The notes beneath the pieces were generated by a model. The model ran no database searches. It was not told where the DNA came from and saw nothing but the letters and a program-made list of their open reading frames with translations. A stretch of 64,000 bases of DNA from Antedon mediterranea (Eukaryota > Animalia > Echinodermata). Position numbers and translations under genes: made by a program. Location: NCBI RefSeq assembly GCF_964355755.1, contig NC_092672.1, positions 186,001-250,000 on the forward strand, given 5' to 3'. Numbering within the stretch: position 1 is the stretch's first letter; every line of letters begins with the position of its first letter. Shown in pieces: positions 48,736 through 61,000 of this stretch.

Positions 48736-50454
48736 AGGTGACATCAGAATATTTGTTATTAATGGCTGCTGCGTTCAAATATAAGTATACTCTTTTTCAA
48801 ATGCAGGAAAATTTGTTGTGATTGTATCTGCAATAAAATTAAGAAAATGTGACAGAACTGAAAAGTGACGTACATGCATGAATTGCGTGCGCCTGAAGTC
48901 CGCGCATGGTTGTCCGGCCGTAAGTGTCTGCCAGAGACTGTGGTACTTTACTGCAGTTGCAATAAAATGGTTTAGTTGTGGTAAAAACCATACTGTAAGG
49001 TGGTGTTGTTATTTTACCATTATGGTGAAGCCATACATACTAGACGTGATCCTATTGACATACTTCATCTAGTGAAGTCTGATACTAAAGTCAGAATTCC
49101 ATTAGTGTAATTTCTTTATTTTACCATGGTTCCAGAATTATTATATAGTAGGTTTAAAAGTTTCAGACTTGGTTGTTATTTGCTAAGAACTATTCCATTA
49201 AAATTAAATAAGTTTAATTTTCAAATATTTTATTGAAATAATCATGCTTTTTAAAGTTTTTATTTAGTTATTTTAAATTGAAATCACTGTTTTTGTAAAC
49301 AGAAAAACATTTTTGGTATCTGCGAGAAAAAAAACATTGCTTTTCCTGTACAAAATTCAATTTGATTATATCATTCCAATAGCCATAACTAGAGTAGGTT
49401 ATCCTACTTTAAATTAACCTAATACCATGCCATTTCAATACAGCTGTAGATAAATTACTATTGATAGGACAGTATAGAAATTTCAAACAATATTGGCTCT
49501 GTAGATTAACTATAACATTTAGACATGCTTTTAAGATCTAGTTTTTCTTCCAGAGTGTGTGTAAATGACCAAAAGACTAGAATTCAACCAAATTGTTGTT
49601 TCCCCGGCCTAGAAAAGATTCTTAAATGTTTTCCAAACTCAATAGTAGTTTTTCTTTACCACAGAAAAAATCTGAAAAATCACAAGACACATTAAATATC
49701 ATGAAAGATCACATAAGGCACTCTATTAGTAGATATTTTTTAATTACTTTTTTTTTTTGTGTGGTTGTTCCAATTATTCTACTGCTAGTGTTCTGTAGTA
49801 CATATCTTCTGTCTACCATTAACTTATAGATAAAAATGTTCACACTTATGAGTCTATATTCAGATCTGGTGACTACATATTATTCATGTGTAATGCTAGA
49901 ACCATTCACACTGTTGTAGTAGTAATATTCATTGGCTAATTATGTGTCTGCATGGAGGAGATAACTCCCTCTTTCATTGTATATATCCGTAAGGATACTT
50001 ACAAATAGTTGTACTATTCGAGAATTTATCAAGCATTATCGGGTTCCTCTTATTTATTCTGTATGTGATATAACAAGGTTGAACTGTGAACCTAGCTCTT
50101 TGAATTATCTAGTGTATTGCTCAATCCTTTGTTTTGTTTACTCTTTTATCATTATTCTACCAATTTTGTGGTGTAAGTGATGTTAAATGCAAATAAATTG
50201 CAATTTCTTGAATGTGTGTGAGCCATGCTCTAATGTGCCAGTGTGTATCTTGTTTGTATGACCCTTGACCCTCAGTTAATCTATGCAACGTTTACAAGGT
50301 GCTTGATGATAACCTTTCAATTACTCTGTTCTTTTGGCAAATGTTTTGCTGTAATTGGGTTTTTTTTATTTATCAAGGTATTTTAAGATCATTAATTACC
50401 CTCAACAGTACATGAAACATAGTGTCGTCATTTAAACCGGTTACATGAACCCCA

Positions 50455-50637
50455 TATTTAGTGCAACTTGGTTCATACTTAGTGCAACTTGGTTCATACT
50501 TAGTGCAACTTGGTTTATATTTAGTGCAACTTGGTTCATACTTAGTGCAACTTGGTTCATACTTAGTGCAACTTGGTTCATACTTAGTGCAACTTGGTTC
50601 ATACTTAGTGCAACTTGGTTCATACTTAGTGCAACTT
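50455..50637. repeat. 21-bp minisatellite, about 8.5 copies
   Basis: ttagtgcaacttggttcatac repeated, in or just past the probable GIGYF 3' UTR. Confidence 0.92.
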
Positions 50638-52225
50638 AATTCATGATTGCAAACTATAGAATATTAATTATAATTACAAAAAAAATGTAAATTATTGAAA
50701 AAAAACAGTATTGTGTATTGGAAATATTGACCAATCAGCACAAAGCAGTTTAAACAATCTACAGACAACTCTTTTATTGAATAAAGATTATACTTGAATC
50801 ATTGCCGTTGTTGTTGTTTATTTTTACACTCTTTGTAATCTGGATTTATTTATGTTCTAACTACTACAAATTATTAGAAGTATTAGACTAAAGGGAAAGA
50901 CTAAGGATGAAGTTAGATAGTATTATTACAGTATTAATATTAATAATAATAATTATTATAAACTAAGAATAATATTGTATGTAATCACTACAAATAAACT
51001 TCCGAAATAAGACATCAAACTTGCAAATAACGTTGACGACATTCAGGACGCAGTATAATATTCAAATTATCATGTTCTCAGAAGTTCCAATACAAAATAC
51101 TATGTGTAATAATGTTATTATTGTTGATCAACGAAATTATTTGTTTGTCGTTTGTTCATATTGGTATGCCATCGGATGGCATTTTTTAATTATTCATTTA
51201 AAATATTTTTAAAATACTGATTTTTCTGATGTGATTCTTACAAATTGGTGAAGCTGTTTGCTAATAAACTCAAATATTTTCAATCTTCTGTAAGTAATTG
51301 TTAAAACGGTATTGAACTTGATTCAATTTTTTCTGGATTTGATTATAATCAGAAATATCATTCGTTTATTACAATTAAGCTTGTTTTATTATATTATTTC
51401 TTTGCTTTGTAATACCAAATGTAGATTTGATTAATATGACCTTGCATCTTATACTGTAATAACTTTCAATACTATGCAACAGTACCCGAAATAATATTAT
51501 ACAATAACAAAAATATGCGATTGAAACTAACTTCTGAATAACGAAACAATACAATACAAGCACGAACACACAAAACATGATAAAACCTTAAAGATGTAAT
51601 TGTATTGTCCCTTTGTCAAATTCCAAACAAAAAATATAAAAGAATTTCGAAAAAAGTGGGTCATTTTGAAGTATCATAATAGTTATTAATTTTCACCAAA
51701 AATGAGTCGGAAAAAAAATCATTTAACTGAAATACAGACGTTTTTAGGTTCAAAAAATAACTTTGACTTCCAGTCAAAGTTTTCTATCAAAACATATCTC
51801 ATAATGCAACGCGCTTATTTGGCTATATGCATAATCATAAAACTTCCTATCGCTATCTGTGTGAAAACACCTTCTCATCTGTGACGAGTTGTAAACAATC
51901 CTAATTTAGCATCATGCATAATGTATAGGCCTACTCATGGTTTGAAAACTTTGTTTACTTTCGCTCGGGACGATCTAGGCCTAGACGAAATGTAATCAAA
52001 TTAATTTAGCTGTTTACGTAAAATTGTTGTTTTTGGCTCGAATTTTCGCTTATCGTGGTGAATCGGTTAAGGTGAATAACTTTAATTTTACTTTGATATG
52101 GCCTATTTAAATTTAGAATATTTTGACCTTCATTTAAGGACAATACATCTTTAAATAAAAACAACAATAACTCATTAAATTAATTTAATTAGATAAAACA
52201 TTTAAAATAAATTACAGACCAGTAC

Positions 52226-54235
52226 TATAATAATAATAATTTATTAGGAAATGACACCTTTGCATCGGTGGCACACACAGAAGTGGTGCATCCAATTTAA
52301 CATAATACATCAAAACAATACATTATATGACGGATACAGGTTCTTAAACTGTTTGCAAAAATATAAAAGAAAAATCAATACCAACATGGTAATATAGGTA
52401 CTGTATTAAATTGTCCTACGGTATCATAGGTTTGAGTTGATAAAGAGGTATATAAAAATAAACATAAAATATAGTAAAGAGTTTACATTACAAACCATTG
52501 TGTTTCAACATCAGGTACCGAAGACCTATAGTTGTTATCACAGGTGTATACTATTTACAAATCTAAATACAAATATATAAAAGCAACAATACAAAAGAAA
52601 AACAATCTATATATTGGGAGATTTAAGTTCTGACCGTTTCTCCCATGCAGCTCTTGTGTATTGTTTACAAAACAAATCAAAAAAGGTCTCAGATTCTTTA
52701 CAAATCGCGATAGAATCTCCACCTAAAATATACTGTAATTTATCATCAGCAGTTGCTGTTGTGTAACGATTCCATGTGTCATAATCATTACAGAGTACAA
52801 GATTATTTTGTAGATTGGATAATTCTTTCATTCTAATATTATCAAATGCTTTACAGTTTAATAAAAAATGTTTAATGTCTTCGATTTCGCCATTCCCACA
52901 TAAAGTACAAAGACCGGACACATCATTGGACCATTTATAAGTTTTACAATCTAAAGGTAGAGTGTTAGATCTTAATTTAAATTTCAGACTTGTCTCATAA
53001 AAATGTGTTTTATCAAGTAAATATTTTTCTAAATTAGGGAAAGGTTTCAATTTTGAGTATAAATTTAATGAGGTTTTTTGCATTATATTATTTGACCACT
53101 CTGATTTATATGATTCTGACAAACATCGCTCGACATTGCTAACTGAGAAAGGAACAAGAGTTAAACTATCATTATCAAAAACATTGTTGTAAAAGCCTAT
53201 ATCTGTACATTTTTCAAATATGTCAACACAACTACTAAGAAATTTATATTTTAAACGATCAAAATCACATTTCAATTGTAGCATAGAATTAAGTACAATA
53301 TTAGGCCACCTGTGGTCATCCATAGTTATAAAACGATTAAATAATTTAACTCTGGACAGTTTGTGTAACTTGGATAATGGAACCCACCCAAGGTCACCAT
53401 AGAGTGCCTCTTTTGGAGTATACCGTGGAGCTTTGAGAAGAAAGCGGGCCATTTGCAATTGCACTTTCTCTAGGTCTTCGTTATCCTTCTTGGATTTATT
53501 ATACCAAATGCTACAAGCATAATTTATTGAAGGAATTGCAATGGTTTTCCACAGTATGTTTCCATAGTACACCCGGTTAAAGTCATCAAGGTTAGCTATG
53601 ATACCTTTGATATAAGCTATAAGCCGGTTGCCCTTTTGGATAACATGTTCATAATGTGAATGTTCACTCATGTTTGAGGAAATATAGACCCCTAAATATT
53701 TATAACTATTTACTTCTTTTATCGATTTTTCACCTAATTTCCACTCTTTATCTTTATTTATGCGTTTTCCAACAACCATGACATTTGATTTTTCATGATT
53801 AAAACCAAGTTTCCATTCTTTGGCGAATATATTGGCAATTTCTAACATTTCAGTCATTTCCCTTTCATTATTAGCAATCAATATAACATCATCAGCCCAG
53901 AAGAGCCCTCCCATCCAGACACCATTCATTCTTACCCCGAAGTTGCTTTCACGAAGAAGTTTAACAAATTCATTAATAAATATAGAAAATAAAATTGGTG
54001 AGAGTACACACCCTTGTTTTACTCCTTTGTGGATATTAAACTCATTAGTCATGCTTTCCCCCACTTTTACTTTTGCTTTAACATTGTCATATAGTGAGCT
54101 TATTATTTTCCAAATTTTCCCTCTAACTCCCGTATCCCAGGCACATTTTAGGAGACCATCACGCCATACACTATCAAATGCTTTTCGGAAGTCCAGGAAA
54201 GCTAGATGTGTAGTTTTACCTTCAATACTGTAGGT
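52226..54235 (-). mobile_element. 5'-truncated LINE with an uninterrupted RT and C-terminal Cys/His ORF
   Basis: ORF 52607-54379 contains LDFRKAFDSV, GVKQGCVLSPILF, LFWADD, YKYLG and CTLC..EDIKHFLLNC; 3' UTR ends in (TTA)n at ~52226-52245. Confidence 0.88.
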
Positions 54236-55009
54236 GGCGCCAGTTATAAGCTTGTTCCTGGCTTGTTGTTGTTGATCGATCGAGAAAAGGGGAATCCCCA
54301 ACCAATGTGCTATTTTCACACACACTAACCTAAGTTGGAAAATCCGTTTGTTAAAAATTAAAACACTTAAAAACGTCAAGAAGCATATCTAAAGAGAAAA
54401 AATGATTAATCTGTCTGAAATTTAGGTAATTAGACAATTTATTGAATATCGTCTGAACTTTAAAAAGTGAGTACAGAGTGTTTTTATTTTATTTAGAATT
54501 TTAGGCTACACTCTCTCTATCTAGCTTCTAACCTAGTAGCTAGATAAAGAGGCCAGGCCGACGTGCCGGATGGTTTAACAATAAACAACAGCAGAAGCTA
54601 CTAACTATAATAAAAAGGCTCCTGGGGCCTAGTCCCTGGTAATATAAGTAGTAAGCCTTTGGTTTATCCTAAGCCGATAACTACTTTACTGGGCTTATTA
54701 GAAATGCTAAAAAGTAAACAACCAGCTTAGATTTAATTGTTTGTAGTTTAGGGGTGATCTAATCTAGATTTTAGACAATATGATGAGAATTACATTCATT
54801 AATTATTTATTAGGCCTAGGTCAAAAAAAGAATTGACTTGGTATAGGTTAACAATATTGGAAGTGCATGAAGTAAATGTTTATTATTCAATTTCTTGATT
54901 GAAAAATAAGTAGTATAAGTATACTATTTAAATATTTTATGCAGTTATTATTATTTTTATACTTTTTAACAACAATATTAAATAGTTTACTTGATAGACA
55001 CACCGCAAG

Positions 55010-58000
55010 ATGATAATTGGATGCAGAGTGGTCAGAGGTCCAGATTGGCAATGGAACAACCAGGACGGAGGAGAAGGTCACTTAGGAACAGTCGTAGAAG
55101 CAAAGAAATCAAGCTCAGAAGGAAGCATCTGGATTCAGTGGGATATGGGTATTAGAAATAAGTATCGAAATGGTCATGGCGGAAAGTTTGATATCAGATT
55201 GTATGACACAACATCTGCAGGTATTTCATTTTCTACTTTTTTCCCCCACCTAAAACAATATTGGGAATACAATATTGGAATCCCTATAATAATTGACTGA
55301 AACAAAACCATTTTAATATTTTGTTTTTAGGTAAACTGTTATTGCGGTATGTAAAACATTATTTTAGTAATCACTACAATGTTTATTTTAGGAGCAATTC
55401 ATCCACGTATTACATGCGATGCTTGTCTTCAAGAACAAATTACTGGGATTCGATGGAAATGCGTTGACTGTTTAGATTACGACCTATGCCACAAATGTTA
55501 CATGACCGACAAGCACAATCTAAAACATACATTTAAAAGATTTGATTTTGTAAACTCAGAAGGGTATGTCATTTGTGTACACATTTCATAAATATCAAAA
55601 AGACTTAATTTAACATGTACTTATAACCATCACAAGATATTGTACAAAACTTAGATTTTGAAAGGTATTCTGGATGAACTTGAGAACATGAACTATCACT
55701 AATACAGAATTGGAGGGAAATTTGGCATATGCTGATAGGTACAGTAGGCTACAGTAGGTCAATGTTTACAAAATATTTATATTTTTTAGAGTGGCTGTTC
55801 CATGTAGACTTGGAGCTGTCAAGTTAAAAGCTTATGGAATAGTTGAAGGCGCAAAAGTTGAACGAAAAAAAGATGCCAATATGAAAGGTATAATTTCTTT
55901 AAAATTGTTTTGATGCGAGGATTATGTTACAGCTACATTTCCGAGCGAGGTTGATTGTTTGTTATAAGAGAAAGAAACTACTAGATTAAATGAGCCATTG
56001 AATTGGAATTATTCAACACTACTAGATTAAATGAGCCATTGAATGGAATATTTCAACAATGATTCTGAATTTTTTATTTTTGTAAACTCATTTCAGGTCA
56101 AGTTGTGAAGGTAAAGAACATAGAGAATGTTCGCTGTAGTGGTGTCGAAGTAAAATGGGACAATGGTCTAGTTAGTACTTGTAAAGTTGGTTTTGAAGGC
56201 GTAGTTGAGTTAAAGTGCACAGTTGAAGCAGAATGTGGCTCATACTACAGAGATCACCTTGCAACAGTTAGTAAGTATCTTAACTACTACAGGAATTTAG
56301 TAACTATCTTAACTACTACAAGCATGTTTTTGTGTGTTTGTGATGAGGGATTTAATATATTAATTGCTGTATTTGATCATGATTCTTTGATACTATTATT
56401 AGTGTTAAATTATTACTTTTAACCAGCAAGTACTATAGATATCATAGGTTTATATACATAAATACATAGGGTATTATGTTTACACAAGGAATTCAAATGA
56501 ACTTTAGTCATGCTATATGAGCATATGTGTTTACATAGAACACAAACAAGTTATAAAGTTTTACATTGGAATAGATTGTTACACTGCTTACACCCAGATT
56601 TTAATTAGATGTATATCATCAGTTCAAATTTATAGGCTCAACAAATTTTAAACATTACTATAATTTCAGTTTTGTAGAGTCACAAACCCAATACACATCT
56701 GGGAGGCATTTAATGCTGAGTATCATAGCAACAAAGGCATGTCACACAGTACCATACAGTATCTTACCATGCTATCCATAACTCTACATTCACAATTGTT
56801 CCATTTCACAGTGCCGTTGGACCACGTTTATTGTTATTGTATCCTAATATCGTTCCAATATCTTGAAGTTTCTTAAACTCTGTCTACACTATCAAACTAG
56901 TTTGACAAAAAAAGTGTGATGTGCCCAAATATGGTAGTGATATGCCCAAATTAGGTATTGGTATGACATCATCATGTACATATATGGGCACATCACATTT
57001 TTTGTCACATAAAGTTTGATAGTGTAGACAGAGCTTAGTTTCTATTACAGACACATCTTATCTTATTGTTTTTGCTGCAATTTGTTTTTTTAGTAAATGA
57101 AAAAGAAGATAAATTGTTAGATGGATTAAAACAAATACAAGTGCGGGATGATCCTGGTAAAAGAAAATTAAAGGGAGGAGACAAAGTGCGTGTTAAGGAT
57201 TTACCTGTTTCAGTAATGGAAGTGGCCCAAGATGGCCATGGAGGATGGAATGATGAAATGAAAAAGGTATGATAATATGCTGATGTGATTAAAACAAATG
57301 ATGAAATAAAAAAGGTATGATAATAAGCTGTAGAAGATACAAGAAACTTTATTTGTCTTTGTAAAAACAAAGAAATGTTAGCAAATCCGATTAAAAGATA
57401 CATATATAAACGGACTAAAAATGACAAAAAATGTAAAAGTATAAAACATTAAAAAGGTTCAAAACATATTAGGTACAAACATAGAGATATTATATAATAT
57501 CTCTATGGTACAAATTACATTCTAGAGAAATTAGTGTTAAAACAAACTATGAAACAAAAAAGATAATAATACTGATATTATATTAATTTTTTTTCCAGGC
57601 AATGGGTTTAGAAGGAGTGGTTATTAAAGCTGATCCTGACGGAGACGTCCATGTGGCTGTCGGAGGTCACATGTGGTGTTTCAACTCTGACCTGATTGAG
57701 TTTGTACAAGCAGGCAATATAGATGATGTTGGTAAGAATATACAGTATATAGATCAATGATATTTTAAATTATTAGTATTATAATAATATTTTTTTTTCA
57801 ATGTCATTGTATTTATTTATCAAATAGCAATAAAATGTCAAAAGTATATCAAAAAACCCTGAACAAGTTGGTTTATATGACTTATATAGCACAAAAAATG
57901 ACTTTGGCTGGGAGGAAATAGTTTGTAATAATAGATAAAAAAATAAAATGTTCACAATTTCACAAAAATGTTGACCATTTGCTGCAAAGATACTGTGCCC

Positions 58001-61000
58001 TTTTTTGTTATTATATTATAATATTTTAATTAAAAGAAAGAATAAATATGTTGATGTATATAGGTATGAGGTTACTTAGCGACTTGTATACTGAGGCTGT
58101 GCAAAATGCAATTGGTGCCGAGCGTGGCCCTAAAGTCATTGCAGCAGCTGCCAAACTTAATTTAGTTTAAAAGAAAGAATAAATATGTTGATGTATATAT
58201 AGGTATGGGGTTACTTAGCGAATTGTATACTGAGGCTGTGCAAAATGCAATTGGTGCCGAGGGTGGCCCTAAAGTCATTGCAGCAGCTGCCAAACAAGGT
58301 GACTTGCCTCTTATTAAAAAACTGCTAGAAGAACATGAGGAATGGGTAAGACATTTATCAGTATAATTTTTTTAGAAATGAAATGTCTTCTTCAAAAGAA
58401 AAACTGTATTTATGGTAATTTTGATCAGTTAGTTAAAAATCAAAAGATACTCTAATAACCAAATAATAATGTGAATTTTCAGTTTCATTCAAAATAGGTT
58501 TTAATAGTTTCATAATCTCATGAATTAGTGTTGAAACATTAATATGGGTTAAAACAGTTTAAGGTTATGATTTCGCTAAAAATCTTGTTCACATCATTGA
58601 GTAATTTACGTTGAAGATGTTTAATTAAAACTTATATCAATCTTAAATCATATTTGTGTTAATTTTACTGAAGGTTAACCATCAGAACTCTCCAGGTGAA
58701 CTGACAGCATTGCAGATTGCAGCTCATGAAGGTCATTTAGAGGTCGTTGATTACTTGATTGCCATGCAGGCAGATCTTAACATGAGGGACAGTGATGGTG
58801 ATAGTGCATTGCTGTGTGCTGCACATAAGTAAGTACATATTGGTTCCCACTAGCAACACAACGGAGCAACGCAATGCAAGGGATTTGGCCAATCACAATC
58901 AATTGATTATTCGACTGTCGCTTGTCATTTGTTACCTTGCTTGCATTGCCTCTACGTCCTTGCATTGTAATGTTATTTTATTTATTTATTTATTCATTCT
59001 TTCTTTATTCTGCAGGCACTTTCAGTACTAGTGCACTGATTTCCAAAGTGGTACAGTAATTGAAAATATAACAAACATAATAAAATAAAGACAAAGAGTA
59101 ATTGAAATATACATTAAAAATAGCAATCAATTTTAGAAAACAAAAAATTCAGTTAAAAATGTTGAGTACTAATTGTATTTTGGAATGAAGTTATTGAAAA
59201 ATCTTTAAAGTTAATTTTTAATTCATTTGGAAGTTCATTCCAGCTTTTGGATGAACGATAAGTAAAGGTTTTTTTGCCTTGACAAATGTTCCAGGTGGGG
59301 ACAACTAAATTGTTATGGCTTTGGCTTTGTGTGCCTTTAGAATGGGTAGTGTTATTAAAAGTCAATTTTGAAGTCAAATATGGAGGAGCACACCCTTTTA
59401 AACACTTGAAAGTCATTAATAATAATTTTTTATTCCAGAGTACATTTAGTCTTTTCCAGCCAAGGTTATTTAAAATAAAATCAATTGAGGTCTTAATATC
59501 AACAGAAAGCAAAATTCTACCTAATCTATTCATGAGTACTTGAAAACAATTAGTATTTTGAACATTACAATTAGACCATACACAACAACAATAATAAAAA
59601 AGGGGAAAAACAAGAGCGTTAGCTAACATTTTAAGCGTATATGACGGAAGAAAACATTTTACACGCCGGATGACACCAATACGTTTTGAAACATTTGAGG
59701 ATACCTTGCTTATGTGATCATTCCAATTTAATTGCGAATCAAATGTGACCCCAAGATATTTAAAAGAGTCAACTCGTTCAATAATATCTCCATTATAAGA
59801 TATTGAAATATCTTTAAATTTAGGAAGAGTGTGGTTTGTCCCAAAAGTCATAAGTTTTGTCTTTTTGATGTTCAATGTTAGTTTATTAGTTTTAAACCAA
59901 TTAGCAATTGTATTTAAATAGGCATTAAGCTCGTATTGAAGAGTGACTGGGTCAGAAGAATTACAAAGTATAGTGGTGTCATCTGCATACATAACACATT
60001 TGCATGGCATAATATCTGGTAGGGAGTTAACATGAATAATAAACAAAAGAGGACCTAAAATTGAGCCCTGTGGTATACCAATATTTATATTCATAAAATC
60101 TGATTGAGAAGTGTTAATATTTACAACTTGTGATCTGTTTCTTAAATATGATATAAACCAATCTAGTTCATTATTACTGACTCCATAACATTTGAGTTTA
60201 TTTCATGATCAACTGTATCGAAGGCTTTCTTAAGATCCATAAATATTGCTTCTGTAGCCTTACCATCATTCAAATTATTTAGTATAATAGTCAGACACGT
60301 CTATTAATGTAGTGTCAGTAGAATGGTTTTTTCTAAACCCTGATTGAGATGCATTAATAATTTTATTAACAGTTAAAAAGTTATACAGTTGATCATGAAC
60401 TGCTCGTTCAATTATTTTGGAAATAATTGGCAGCACAGAGATTGGTCTATAATTGCTTGGGTCGTTTTTATCACCATCTTTGAATACTGGAGTTACTTTT
60501 GCTTTCTTCCATTCAGATGCAAAGATTGAAGAAAATAAAGATAAATTACAGATATAAGCAATTGTATCACAAATCACTGGTGCGGCCAATTTTACCAATT
60601 TACAATCTAAGCCATCTATACCAGTGGCTTTGTTACCAGAAAGTTTACAAAGTTCATCAAACACATACTGTGGTGATATAAAATCAAATTTAAATTGGTT
60701 TTCAATATTTACATTTACATTAGTGTTGTTAGTAGTAGTGTTTAAAGAATTGTTTGAAAATTTTGAGCCGAGGATATTTCCTATCGAAGTAAAGTGTTCA
60801 TTTAATTTATTTGCTATATCTTTATCACATGAAGAATTTGAGACTTTACCAACATTTACAATATTCTTTGGAATTAGTTTATGAATTGTACTCCAAAGTT
60901 TCTTGGGGTTTTTAACATTTTCACTGATTGATTTTGTGCAGTATTTCCTTTTTAGGTCTATATTTAAATTGTTTACTTTATTTCTCAGTGATTTTGCTTG

